This document shows positions 46,796 to 58,979 of a stretch of 64,000 bases of DNA, in pieces; the stretch's first letter is position 1, and every line of letters begins with the position of its first letter. A program made the position numbers and the translations under genes. The notes under the pieces were generated by a model. It worked only from the letters and a program-made list of their open reading frames with translations. It was not told where the DNA came from and searched no databases. The DNA is from Rhodosorus marinus CCMP1338. Its lineage: Eukaryota > Plantae > Rhodophyta. The stretch is taken from positions 1-64,000 of the forward strand of contig JAMWBK010000011.1 of assembly GCA_029953675.1 (NCBI GenBank). Reading direction: 5' to 3'.

Positions 46796-49700
46796 TTAAC
46801 CAAACAGCCCAAACCTACCGCCATACGCTGCTGACCCCGCCCACTCGGCCCCGCCTACATCCTCTGCTCCGTTGAATTTCGGTCGTCTTATGTATGCCAT
46901 ATCTCCAACCCCGTTTTAGGAGACTCCGATTCGGTCAATGGTCTCAAGCCGATCCACTTTAAGATGAAAATAAAAACTAGAGCGAGTCATGTGTAGAGAT
47001 TCCACCAAAAAACCCTTTCTATTTGGACTAATCTCGATTCATCGCTGGCATCCATTGCCTCTCTCTAAAACACTAACAAAAAATATTCCAAAAGTCCAGC
47101 AGTGCGCCTCACGAAACTGCTATCTATAAACACCTTCAATCGTTTCCGTTTATCGAAAAGTTTTGAGCACGGCGAGTGGCGGGCCCCAGTCCTTCTCTTA
47201 TAACACCCAAGGTGTTGTCATTGCGTCAGCCAACCAACGCTTACCAGAACAGCTCCCACGACAGCTACGTAGCTTCCCATTGACAATCCTCAAAAAAAAG
47301 ATAAGAATCTTGTCAGCAGCGAACACATCCTTTTTTGTGCAGTGCAGGCTCACCACGATGCCCCTTGATCCCTTGATAGGCATGGCGGCGTGCATAGTTC
47401 AGCTGATCTCACGCCCTCGGTATCTCCCCAAAGTTCGTTTACAAGGACTCTTCCTCTTTCTAATGTACGCAAAACCAATACTTTTGGAACATAGTAAGAA
47501 TCTCCAATCCCCTTTCCTGCTAAAATTGATGTCTGATTGCATATCTCGCCTTATACTTTTTCACGTTGTCAATAGTAATATTTATTTACTTGTCTTGGAA
47601 TGTGCACCAATTTGTTTTTTAAACTAACGTATGTGTAGCTAATACTTGGGTTTTGGGGGTGTTGGATTAATTGATATTTATTTCCTGGAGATTGGTGATC
47701 TTCCAATGGAAGTAGAGATCTCACAACGACTGTGTAAATATTTACCAGAACATATTTATTATTATTGTTTTATTAATCTTAAATCATGGTGTCGGGGAAT
47801 ATACCTCAGCGATCATAATTCAACTTAATACAAAAACAAAAGTTTCTAAAACAGTTTGCAACTGGGTGAATAGGAGAGTACGAATTAATATTTTTTATAC
47901 AAGTTTATTTATACAGTATGATATAATAAAAACAAATATCTTGATTGGAAAAGGGGATGAACTAATCAGTATGCAGATACAGTTTGCCCCTTGATCCCTT
48001 GATACACCTGGCGGCGTGCATATTCGCTTTGTACTCGTCCTGTTTTGGCGAATTAGGAGGGAGCTCTTCGGGATATGATGAATAGACCTTGAGCTTTTTC
48101 AGGTTTCTCCCTTTGGGTTTTACTAACAACCCCCGATGGGTGTCCTACGAAAGGGAAAGGGAAGCCACAAATATGTAACGACTACCGGAATAGTCACCAG
48201 CTACCTAGTACTGGCAGCTCTCTCTCGGATATTGGGGGCAACCCAGGCCTTGCCTCTCCACAGCGTGCGGTTCATAGCTCCCTTTGGGTTGCTGGGTTAC
48301 CAGAGCTTCAATACCGGTGGATTGAGGACAGATTCGGTAGACTTTGCAACAGTTGCCTCGTCCGAGGAGTAAGAGTGCGAAAAGATTAAAAAAAAGCCCC
48401 CAAGCATCCAGCGGATTAGGAGCACATCGCAAACCGGTTTGGTTCTCTTAGCGACGCATCCACACAGTGTGATTTCCCAAGTGGCGGTAGGAAAAATAGC
48501 ACCTATGACCGTTTTTCCCCTGCGATTGCCATTCAGCCATGGCCACTGATGAAACGGATAGAGAGGTTGAGGGTCGTGTGTGGGTTGTTATACCTAATGC
48601 AATGAACGATGACTTTTGCTCTACACCTGTGGAAGGCACTTGCATCCTGCTCAATCGCGCAATCATCTCATTCAGCTCCTGACTGAAATCGCTTAATCAC
48701 CTTCCGGCAAAGTTTTTGTTGAACCTACGGCGCACTAGGACAAAGACACGAGTCAACCCCACCATATTCAACCATTTATCTTCAGAACTCTGTCATCAAG
48801 CCCACTAGACTCACAGTGCAGCTCAACAAGAAGAAGAAAAAAATTCAAACAGGTGCCCAACAGACAACAGGACAAGTTCTCAGCAGTAAGCGCTCTCATG
48901 GTCCGCTGGAGTCAATGCCTTACTCTGGATTACCTCCATGATGACCACTTACGACGCCAACCGAACCGTTTTACACTGTAGAGAAGCCATGGTATCATAT
49001 AGCCAACGAATACCATGGCTTAAGCCAGAGCCCCTGAATAGCGAACCAACCTTCCTCCGGCCAGTTGAGTAAAACCGATATCCAGGAACCTGAGGATTCG
49101 TACTATCGGGTAATATGCGTACTAATAGAATTCTTCGCCCTCCAGCACCGTTTTTTTACCCCCCTTCGCAATCTATTGCTCGTTCCGACTCACAGCATCT
49201 TATGCGCTTTTCACTCCTGAAATAGAGACTTTCCGACTCCGGTATTTGCCAAAACTAAAACTTCAAAGGGGGCTCAACGTTCATCTTCCATGTAAGGAAA
49301 AACGTAAGCTTCCCGAAAACCTACTGAAATACAAAACTCCCTAATCTGGGAGGTTGAAGCCTGTATTCTACGCACCTTCCCAGAGAAAAAGTCCTTAATA
49401 TCTAAACCTCATGAAAAGTTAAATAGTTTGCAAAAGCTTACACTGCGGGATTGCCAAATATACTAAATGTAGACTGTATAGAAAAACAGATTGAAATTTA
49501 ACTTCTTCTCGTGTTGAGCTTAAGGATGTGTAAGCTGGATGGTAATTTGCGAATGGCGAGAGGTGGAATTGAGTGGCCCAAGTAGTTGATCCGGTGGGGC
49601 CAAGCGGGAGTGTCCAGCGAAATCACAGCCTACGAATTCGATTTCTGGTCTCAATACACTCCGTGCAACAGTGGTTTGTCCGAGTTCGGTAATTCAACTG

Positions 49701-49979
49701 TCAGGATGCTCAACGGCGGTAGGCTCGTGGGTGGAGTCCTGGCAGGGAGTTCGTTGTGAACACATTTTTTTCATAGTAACAAAGGTATCCGACTTGAATC
49801 CATGGAGATCTTAGCCACTTTGAATCGCTCGACTCTCAGTAGTCAACCAGTCTATACTATCGTGTGTATAAGTACCTACGTGCGGCCGGGGCATGAAGGT
49901 CTCTCGTGATCACAGACCTACCAACAAAAAGCAACTAGGACTGAAGTGAGAAAGGTAAACTCGGTGATCACAAGAAGTT

Positions 49980-51542
49980 ATGGGTTCAGCAGTAAATTTT
50001 ATGATGTATGCTCTTCTTGGAGCTCTGTTGTGGCAGACTGTTCAGGGGTCGGCGGCAATTCGGGACAGATCGAAGCGATGGCCGTCCAGGAGGGTCTACT
50101 ACCAGTTTGACAGAAATGTGCCCCTTCATACGAGGACCAACGTTCAGAACGCAATGGACAGATATGAGAGGGAGACTTGCCTGAGGTTTGTAGAGTCGAG
50201 TCATAGCAGTTCTCGTATTTTGTTCCAGTCGGACGACTCCTCATGCTATTCGACGAGTATCGGGCGTACTGGAGGGGTTCAGAAGATCAATCTCGGTCCC
50301 CGATGCAACGATGGGTTCAGCAGCACGGTGTCTGTTGCTCTCCACGAGATCGGACACGCCATTGGGCTCTACCATGAACAGTCACGACCCGACCGGGACA
50401 GTTACGTTAAGGTTATTTCCGGAAACATCGTGAGCGGAAAGGGCCACAACTTTGACAAGAAGTCCTGGAGTGAGGTCGATACTCAGAGTGTGCCTTACGA
50501 TCGGAGATCTATCATGCACTACGGGACCACGTTCTTCAGCAAGAATGGAGCGGATACCCTTCAAAGCAAGAGCAGCAGTCAGCCGATCGGCCCATCGAGG
50601 GACCTGACCACATATGATATCCTTACCGTCAACAGGATGTACAGCTGTCCGGCTAAAGGCGTTGAAGGCAAACTCACAGTTACCGCGCTCAAGGGATACA
50701 GATTTCCCAACCACGACGGCTGCTGCTTCAACAGCGTCAAATCGGACTCGTACATGAAAATCACGGCGGTTGATGCCAACGGCCACTCGGTCACGAGGTC
50801 CTCCAAGGTTATCCACAACGACAACTCGCCCAACTGGAACCAGGACATCGAGTTTGGAATCGGAGAATGGCAGTTCCTGAGGGTCTCAGTCTTTGATGAG
50901 GACACAAGTTGGTTCACGGGAAAGGACGATCTCATCCTGCACGAGCAGGTGATTCCCCTCTACGCCGGTCTTCGTAGCCGAGCTCTGTGCCATAATCCCC
51001 GAGATTGCTCACGATTCGCGATCTTGAGGTCCAACCTGAAGGAGGACACCAACGAATGCAATCCAGACCCTTGCAAGAATGGTGCGACCTGCGTTGATCA
51101 GGTTTCTGACTTCACCTGCATCTGCAAAAGAGGGTTCACCGGTGATCGATGTGAGAGGGCCATCGGTCTGCTCCAGGTATACGTTAAGAGGGGATACAAC
51201 CTCCCAGACAGAGACGGCTTTGGTGCAGGAAGGTCCGACCCGTACGTGAGAGTGACCGGCTACGACGAGGACAGAAAGACCATGTCTCTCCGAACCCGCG
51301 AAAAGTCTGGTACTCACTATCCGGTCTGGAACCAGAACCTCTTCTTCGGATACCGGTCTTGGAAGAGCATCAAGGTTGAGGTCATGGACGCCGACGGATT
51401 TTTCAACGGAAAAGATGATTCTCTCCTCCCCATTGGCATCTTTACCTTCTCCTCACCGTTCTCGGGATCCAGGGTGCACCGAATCTGCGACTCCTCCAGG
51501 TGCTCCAGATGGGTGGAAATTTCGTTCACATACTCAAACTAG
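49980..51542 (+). CDS. Secreted astacin (M12A) zinc metalloprotease with C2-EGF-C2 tail, copy 1
   Basis: Signal peptide; HEIGHAIGLYHEQSRPDRD zinc site; SIMHY Met-turn; two C2 domains (SDSYMKI...PNWNQ, SDPYVRV...PVWNQ); EGF CNPDPCKNGATC...C.C...FTGDRC. Confidence 0.95.
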   Translation: MGSAVNFMMYALLGALLWQTVQGSAAIRDRSKRWPSRRVYYQFDRNVPLHTRTNVQNAMDRYERETCLRFVESSHSSSRILFQSDDSSCYSTSIGRTGGVQKINLGPRCNDGFSSTVSVALHEIGHAIGLYHEQSRPDRDSYVKVISGNIVSGKGHNFDKKSWSEVDTQSVPYDRRSIMHYGTTFFSKNGADTLQSKSSSQPIGPSRDLTTYDILTVNRMYSCPAKGVEGKLTVTALKGYRFPNHDGCCFNSVKSDSYMKITAVDANGHSVTRSSKVIHNDNSPNWNQDIEFGIGEWQFLRVSVFDEDTSWFTGKDDLILHEQVIPLYAGLRSRALCHNPRDCSRFAILRSNLKEDTNECNPDPCKNGATCVDQVSDFTCICKRGFTGDRCERAIGLLQVYVKRGYNLPDRDGFGAGRSDPYVRVTGYDEDRKTMSLRTREKSGTHYPVWNQNLFFGYRSWKSIKVEVMDADGFFNGKDDSLLPIGIFTFSSPFSGSRVHRICDSSRCSRWVEISFTYSN

Positions 51543-54446
51543 ATCTTGATCAGAATAGAGCCCATGCGCAGAAAAACAACAGCCATGTACATAAAAGAAA
51601 TTTCGGCAAAAAGACGCATCACTGCACCAACAGTGATTGCCTTCCACGCGATCTGAGCTACGGAACCTCCGTAGTTGAGGATAAGTACTTGAGCCTCGGA
51701 ATCAAAGACAGAGCCCAGTCTTGAACACGTCTGGACCTTTTTTCCAAGCCTAACAACCGTTTAGTGCTTGCTCTTATGGTGGTTGTGTTGCTCTTACATC
51801 GCTTCGCCGTGGATGCCTTGTTGATACCCCACCGTTTGGACCTCCAGTCTTGGATCGTTGAGTACGAAAATCTTTGAGCTCGGCATGGATGGTATCGGAC
51901 TTGGCAACCTTGTTCTCCTCGCAATAGGTTTGCAATAGATTTAGTCGACAATATCTCATGTTCACTGAATTGTAAATTTTCTCCTATATGTTAGTTATTG
52001 GAACCCATTGAGGTAGTCATTGAGTAGAGGCCTTCAAAGGGCATCTGTACCAGATATCAACAGCAATATTTATTTACTTGTTTTGGAATGTGCACCAACT
52101 TGTTTTTTAAACTAATGTGCGCGTAGTTAATACTTGGGTTTTTGGGGTGTTGGATTAATTGATATTTATTTCCAGGAGATTGGTGATCTTCCAATGGACG
52201 TAGAGATCTCACAACGACTGCGTAAATATTTACCAGAACATATTTACTATTCTTGTTTTGTGAATATTAGATCATGGTGTCTGGGAATATACCTCAGCGA
52301 TCATAATTCAACCTAATACAAAAACAAAAGTTTCTAAAACAGTTTGCAACTGTATGAATAGGAGAGTACTAATTAATTTGTTTTATACAAGTTTATTTAT
52401 ACAGTATGATATAATAAAAACAAATATCTTGATTGGAACAGAGGATGAACTAATCAGTATTCAGATACAGTTTCGCTTTTGTACTCGCCCTGTTTGGCGA
52501 ATTGGGAGGGAACTCCTGGGATCTGATGAATAGACCTTGAGTTTTTTCATGTTTCCCCCTTTGGGTTTCCCTGTGAAACTAACAACCCCGGATGGGTGTC
52601 CTACGAAAGGGAAAGGGAAGTCACAAATATGTGACGACTACCGGAATAATCACCAACTACCTAGCACTGGCAGCACTCTCTCGGATATTGAGGGCAACCC
52701 AGGCATTGCCTCTCCACAGCGTGCGGTCCATAGCTCCCTTTGGGTTGCTGGGTTACCAGAGCTTCAATACCGGTGGATTGAGGACAGATTCGTAGGGTTG
52801 CAACAGTTGCCTCGTCCGAGGAGTAAGAGTGCGAAAAGATTAAAAAAAAGCCCCCAAGCATCCAGCGAATAAGGAGCACATCGCAAACCGGTTGGGTTCT
52901 CTTAGCGACGCATCCACACAGTGTGAATTCCCAAGTGGCGGCAGGAAAAATATCACCAATGACCGTTTTTCCCCTGCGATTGCCTTTCAGCCATGGCCAC
53001 TGATGAAACGGACAGAGAGGTCGAGGGTCGTGTGTGGGTTGCTGTACCTAATGCAATGAACGATGGCTTTTGCTCTACACCTGTGGAATGCACTTGCATC
53101 CTGCTCAATCGCGCAATCATATCATTCAACTCCTGACTGAAATCGCTTAATCACCTTCCAGCAAAGTGTTTGTTGAACCTACGGCGTACTAGGACAAAGA
53201 CACGAATCAACCCCACCATATTCAACGATTTATCTTCAGAGCTCTGTCATCAAGTCCACTAAACTCACAGTGCAGCTCAACAAGAAGAAGAAAAAATTTC
53301 AAACAGGTGCCTAACGGACAACAGGACAAGTTCTCAGCAATACGCGCTCTCATGCTCCGCTGGAGTCAACGCCCTTACATCCCTAACTCTGGATTACCTC
53401 CATGATGACCATTTTACGACGCCAACCGAACCATTTTACACTATGGAGAAGCCATGGTATCATATAGACAATGAATACCATGAGTTAAGCAACCAGAGCT
53501 CCTGAATAGGAGCGAACCAAACCTTCCTCCGGTCAGTTGAGTAAAACCGATATCCAGGAACCTGAGGATTCGTACTATCGGGTAATATGCGTACTAATAG
53601 AATTCTTCGCCCTCCAGCACCGTTTTTTTCTCCCGTTCCCAATCTATTGCTCGTTCTGTCTAACAGCATCTTATGCCCTTTTATTTCCTGAATATAAACT
53701 TCCCGACTCCGGCATTTGCCAAAACTAAAACTTCAAAGGGGGCTCAATGCTCATCTCCCTCGTAAGGAAATGTAATCTTTCCAAAAACCTACTGAAATAC
53801 AAAACTCCCTAATCTGGGAGGTAAAAGCCTGTATTCTACGCACCTTCCCACAGAAAGAGTCCTTAATCTCTAAATCTCATGAAAAGTTAAATAGTTTGCA
53901 AAAGCTTACACTGTGGGATTGCCAAATATACTAAATGTAGACTGTATGGAAAAACAGATTGAAATTTAACTTCTTCTCGCGTTGAGCTTAGCATTGTGTA
54001 AGCTGGATGGTAATTTGCGAATGACGAGAGGTGGAATTGAGTGGCCCAAGTAGTTCATCGGGGGGCCAAGCGGGAGTGTGCAGCGAAATTCACAACATAC
54101 AAATTCGATTTCTGGTCTCAATGCACTCCGTGCAGCAGTGGTTTGTCCGGGTTCGGTAATTCAACTGTCAGGGTGCCCAACGGCGGTAGGCTCGTGGGTG
54201 GAGTCCTGGCGGGGAATTCGTTGTGAACACATTTTTTTCATAGTAACAAAGGTATCCGACTTGAATCCATGGAGATCTTAGCCACTTTGAATCGCTCGAC
54301 TCTCAGTAGTCAACCAGTCTGTACTAGCGTGTGTATAAGTACCTACGTGCAGCCGGGGCATGAAGGTATCTCGTGATCTCAGACCTACCAACAAAAAGCA
54401 ACTAGGACTGAAGTGAGAAAGGTAAACTCGGTGATCACAAGAAGTT

Positions 54447-56009
54447 ATGGGTTCAGCAGTAAATTTTATGATGTGTGCTCTTCTTGGAGCTCTGTTGTGG
54501 CAGACTGTTCAGGGGTCGGCGGCAATTCGGGACAGATCGAAGCGATGGCCGTCCAGGAGGGTCTACTACCAGTTTGACAGAAATGTGCCCCTTCATACGA
54601 GGACCAACGTTCAGAACGCAATGGACAGATATGAGAGGGAGACTTGCCTGAGGTTTGTAGAGTCGAGTCATAGCAGTTCTCGTATTTTGTTCCAGTCGGA
54701 CGACTCCTCATGCTATTCGACGAGTATCGGGCGTACTGGAGGGATTCAGAAGATCAATCTCGGTCCCCGATGCAACGATGGGTTCAGCAGCACGGTGTCT
54801 GTTGCTCTCCACGAGATCGGACACGCCATTGGGCTCTACCATGAACAGTCACGACCCGACCGGGACAGTTACGTTAAGGTTATTTCCGGAAACATCGTGA
54901 GCGGAAAGGGCCACAACTTTGACAAGAAGTCCTGGAGTGAGGTCGATACTCAGAGTGTGCCTTACGATCGGAGATCTATCATGCACTACGGGACCACGTT
55001 CTTCAGCAAGAATGGAGCGGATACCCTTCAAAGCAAGAGCAGCAGTCAGCCGATCGGCCCATCGAGGGACCTGACCACATATGATATCCTTACCGTCAAC
55101 AGGATGTACAGCTGTCCGGCTAAAGGCGTTGAAGGCAAACTCACAGTTACCGCGCTCAAGGGATACAGATTTCCCAACCACGACGGCTGCTGCTTCAACA
55201 GCGTCAAATCGGACTCGTACATGAAAATCACGGCGGTTGATGCCAACGGCCACTCGGTCACGAGGTCCTCCAAGGTTATCCACAACGACAACTCGCCCAA
55301 CTGGAACCAGGACATCGAGTTTGGAATCGGAGAATGGCAGTTCCTGAGGGTCTCAGTCTTTGATGAGGACACAAGTTGGTTCACGGGAAAGGACGATCTC
55401 ATCCTGCACGAGCAGGTGATTCCCCTCTACGCCGGTCTTCGTAGCCGAGCTCTGTGCCATAATCCCCGAGATTGCTCACGATTCGCGATCTTGAGGTCCA
55501 ACCTGAAGGAGGACACCAACGAATGCAATCCAGACCCTTGCAAGAATGGTGCGACCTGCGTTGATCAGGTTTCTGACTTCACCTGCATCTGCAAAAGAGG
55601 ATTCACCGGTGATCGATGTGAGAGGGCCATCGGTCTGCTCCAGGTATACGTTAAGAGGGGATACAACCTCCCAGACAGAGACGGCTTTGGTGCAGGAAGG
55701 TCCGACCCGTACGTGAGAGTGACCGGCTACGACGAGGACAGAAAGACCATGTCCCTCCGAACCCGCGAAAAGTCTGGTACTCACTGTCCGGTCTGGAACC
55801 AGAACCTCTTCTTCGGATACCGGTCTTGGAAGAGCATCAAGGTTGAGGTCATGGACGCCGACGGATTTTTCAACGGAAAAGATGATTCTCTCCTCCCCAT
55901 TGGCATCTTTACCTTCTCCTCACCGTTCTCGGGATCCAGGGTGCACCGAATCTGCGACTCCTCCAGGTGCTCCAGATGGGTGGAAATTTCGTTCACATAC
56001 TCAAACTAG
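54447..56009 (+). CDS. Secreted astacin-C2-EGF-C2 metalloprotease, copy 2
   Basis: Same architecture; three amino-acid differences from copy 1 (Y10C, V to I in GGVQ, Y to C in THYP). Confidence 0.95.
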   Translation: MGSAVNFMMCALLGALLWQTVQGSAAIRDRSKRWPSRRVYYQFDRNVPLHTRTNVQNAMDRYERETCLRFVESSHSSSRILFQSDDSSCYSTSIGRTGGIQKINLGPRCNDGFSSTVSVALHEIGHAIGLYHEQSRPDRDSYVKVISGNIVSGKGHNFDKKSWSEVDTQSVPYDRRSIMHYGTTFFSKNGADTLQSKSSSQPIGPSRDLTTYDILTVNRMYSCPAKGVEGKLTVTALKGYRFPNHDGCCFNSVKSDSYMKITAVDANGHSVTRSSKVIHNDNSPNWNQDIEFGIGEWQFLRVSVFDEDTSWFTGKDDLILHEQVIPLYAGLRSRALCHNPRDCSRFAILRSNLKEDTNECNPDPCKNGATCVDQVSDFTCICKRGFTGDRCERAIGLLQVYVKRGYNLPDRDGFGAGRSDPYVRVTGYDEDRKTMSLRTREKSGTHCPVWNQNLFFGYRSWKSIKVEVMDADGFFNGKDDSLLPIGIFTFSSPFSGSRVHRICDSSRCSRWVEISFTYSN

Positions 56010-56619
56010 ATCTTGATCAGAATAGAGCCCATGCGCAGAAAAACAACAGCCATGTACATAAAAGAAATTTCGGCAAAAAGACGCATCACTGCACCAACAG
56101 TGATTGCCTTCCACGCGATCTGAGCTACGGAACCTCCGTAGTTGAGGATAAATACTTGAGCCTCGGAATCAAAGACAGAGCCCAGTCTTGAACACGTCTG
56201 GACCTTTTTTCCAAGCCTAACAACCGTTTAGTGCTTGCTCTTATGGTGGTTGTGTTGCTCTTACATCGCTTCGCCGTGGATGCCTTGTTGATACCCCACC
56301 GTTTGGACCTCCAGTCTTGGATCGTTGAGTACGAAAATCTTTGAGCTCGGCATGGATGGTATCGGACTTGGCAACCTTGTTCTCCTCGCAATAGGTTTGC
56401 AATAGATTTAGTCGACAATATCTCATGTTCACTGAATTGTAAATTTTCTCCTATATGTTAGTTAATGGAACCCGTTGAGGTAGTCATTGAGTAGAGGCCT
56501 TCAAAGGGCATCTGTACCAGATGCAACGATGCATAAATAGTCAGCTCTTCATGAAGAGCTGAGCTGAGTGAATACTTCAGGTGGATTACTAACATAACCT
56601 TATGGGCTACGAAGGTCGG

Positions 56620-56770
56620 AAAGTGCACTAGGTAGTAGGGCGAAAGCATGCAAGCTCAAACGGCGGTGATGCTTCGTTCTAGCGAGCATGCTGCTAGAAT
56701 ATCGCCACACAGAGACGCTTAATCGGCGTAGGAGCACCAGGTACTCAGCATGGTGGTCAGGAAAACATAC
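56620..56770 (-). mobile_element. Decayed type A 3' fragment abutting the end of the 735-aa ORF
   Basis: FPDHHAEYLVLLRRLSVSVWRYSSSMLA...HHRRLSLHA. Confidence 0.8.
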
Positions 56771-56771
56771 T

Positions 56772-58979
56772 TCAGGTGCACATTGAGTTTTCGACCAACT
56801 TCTGCTTCGTTTCAACTGCCCACTCATAGGTTGAAGCGTAGCCGCGCTGGACCTTCCTCGGCTCTTTTTCTTTGTTGGCAAACGTTTCGTTGGGGGCGGC
56901 TGCAGCGCTTTGGCTGGCTGCGGCGACCCATTCCGATTTGTTGGTAGGTACCTTGATCCAGTAGCCGCATTTTCTCGAGATAGCATTCTCCTGGAAGAAT
57001 CTGATAGTGACCCAGCAGGCCATAATCGCGCAGAGGGAAATCAGAGTCAACAGTCCTGCAATATATTCGATGTGAATCACCGTCACGTCCGTCGGCTTGT
57101 GATAGTACAACTCCAGGTGTGAGTCGTGCGTTTGCGCGGAGATGATGCCAAGGACTGGCAGTGTCGCCGACGCAGCGTATGCCCCCAAAACCCTTCCTCG
57201 ATAAGCTATGCGGTTGCTAAAAACGGAAAGTTCAGGAAACGAATTCCTCAGCACAGCTTGCGTGCTGCCTATAAGCCTGGCATTCGCCGCTGGATCGCCT
57301 CCGATCAGCTCAAGCGAGATCCACGAAGCAGAGCTCCTCAGTGGAATAATCGCGAGGCTTTGCTTTCTCTTGGACTTATTAACCTTCCACTTCTCGTTCC
57401 AACGCCGTACTGTTGCCATCCCATAAACGCAGTCCATGCCCTCACTTCCATTGAGCCCTTTTGTACACGCCACTTCAAACTCCAGTCCAAGCACAAAAGT
57501 CCGGATCTTTTCTGGCACGTTCTTAGCAAGCCTCTCCCGATTCAGTCCGGCGATAAGATCCGCGCAACGGCTGTGTTGCTCGAGAGAAATTACCATTTCC
57601 GCCTTCTGGATGCTGATATCCACCCTCCGCCACCCGCTCCATGTCGTATACTTGCTGGCCCTAATCCTATCGCACCTACCCGTCGCCGCTCTGCCCACTA
57701 ATTCGCCGCATTTCGATCCGCTATAGAGCAGATCGGCGCGTACATCAAACCCTCCATCACTTTCGTCCAAACATAGTCCGCCCTGCCTGGCCAATGGTGT
57801 GAGGGCGATGGAGAAATCTGGGTCGTCATGATCCCACGACCACTGCCGACTTAGATCAGTGATCTTGATCTGCCGGTCAGCACCACCAGCATAGACCAGG
57901 TGACTGTCCACAGAAACTCTTGCCGTCGAGTAGGGAGAACTCTGCTCTTCTGACCCACCGGTCCCATCAAGGCGCGTGATGTTCATCGTCGATCGAACCT
58001 GTCTCTCGTCCTTGAAACGTTTGTATGAAACGTAATCGCTATTCAAAGGTAGACCAATACGGACGAGTATATCATGTATTTTCTCGATGGGTATCCCAAT
58101 CTGAAAATTCCGAACCGCGGAGACCCTCAAGTTCAGCGTTATGGACCTCAGAAACGTGGCTCTGAGCACACAGCTGGGATCATCAAATTCAAAGTTCCCA
58201 TCAAAGTCGGGCGCGTTGTACTGTTCCTTCATGGCGCACTTTGTCGTCTGCACATCGCGGTTTAACGGCTCTTTCACCCGATTTGCGCTGTAATCAAGTT
58301 CCAATTCATCGACCACGTCCACTTGGGACAGCGAAGATGTGAGAAACACAGTACTTCCTAGCATCAAGCTCTCTCTGATCAGCGTAGAGAGTCTAAAATC
58401 AACAGTTGCGCCTCGATTTCTGCAACCTACGTGAGCGGTCAAACCCATCATGCAAAATTCAGTGCTCCGAGTATACTTCCTGTACATATCCATGTTTCGT
58501 GCGACTTGTGCGTTTGGACTCAGATCCAGGACATTGTACGTCCCTGTGACATTCGTTTGACTAGTTTTAGTCTCAAAGTCCAGCCCATAATCGATCAACG
58601 CATGCATCGCTACCAGCGCAAAAGTGAATGTGAATCCGACCATTGACAACGCCGTCTCAAAACGAAATCTTGTCCTCTCATCCGCATCCACAGGTTTCGT
58701 ACTGGTCAAGTAGTTGGCCTTGTACCTCCCATACTTGCAGTATTCAAAACTCGCCTTCCTCTCGAAGGAAAACGACCGCCTCCGAAGCCTTAAATCCTTC
58801 CTCAGATCCAGCTCCGTCAGCTTCGTTGCTAGCAAACCCCATATAATGGCCAACAGAATCAGCAGAACGTCAGTTCCCACATTGACGAAAATCGGGCTCA
58901 AGTTCAATTCGACGGAGACCATCTCCGCACAATCTCCCAGATCCTCCCAAGATGTTCCAAGACGTTCAAAAATTCCCAA
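56772..58979 (-). CDS. 735-aa orphan membrane protein with three predicted TM helices and a large Cys-containing loop
   Basis: Long intact ORF; hydrophobic VLLILLAIIWGLLA, ALSMVGFTFTFALVAMHALI, YIAGLLTLISLCAIMACWVTI; no motif recognised. Confidence 0.75.
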   Translation of the reverse strand: MGIFERLGTSWEDLGDCAEMVSVELNLSPIFVNVGTDVLLILLAIIWGLLATKLTELDLRKDLRLRRRSFSFERKASFEYCKYGRYKANYLTSTKPVDADERTRFRFETALSMVGFTFTFALVAMHALIDYGLDFETKTSQTNVTGTYNVLDLSPNAQVARNMDMYRKYTRSTEFCMMGLTAHVGCRNRGATVDFRLSTLIRESLMLGSTVFLTSSLSQVDVVDELELDYSANRVKEPLNRDVQTTKCAMKEQYNAPDFDGNFEFDDPSCVLRATFLRSITLNLRVSAVRNFQIGIPIEKIHDILVRIGLPLNSDYVSYKRFKDERQVRSTMNITRLDGTGGSEEQSSPYSTARVSVDSHLVYAGGADRQIKITDLSRQWSWDHDDPDFSIALTPLARQGGLCLDESDGGFDVRADLLYSGSKCGELVGRAATGRCDRIRASKYTTWSGWRRVDISIQKAEMVISLEQHSRCADLIAGLNRERLAKNVPEKIRTFVLGLEFEVACTKGLNGSEGMDCVYGMATVRRWNEKWKVNKSKRKQSLAIIPLRSSASWISLELIGGDPAANARLIGSTQAVLRNSFPELSVFSNRIAYRGRVLGAYAASATLPVLGIISAQTHDSHLELYYHKPTDVTVIHIEYIAGLLTLISLCAIMACWVTIRFFQENAISRKCGYWIKVPTNKSEWVAAASQSAAAAPNETFANKEKEPRKVQRGYASTYEWAVETKQKLVENSMCT

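Larger units (their letters stand above)
47565..56522 (+). repeat. Tandem segmental duplication of about 4.47 kb (47565-52052 and 52053-56522)
   Basis: Both units start near ..ATTTACTTG(TC/TT)TTGGAATGTGCACC and end GGGCATCTGTACCAGAT. Confidence 0.95.

Noticed and set aside
48136-48372. Short hydrophobic ORF repeated at 52592-52795
   Set aside because: Frames differ between the two duplicate units and no motif is recognisable.
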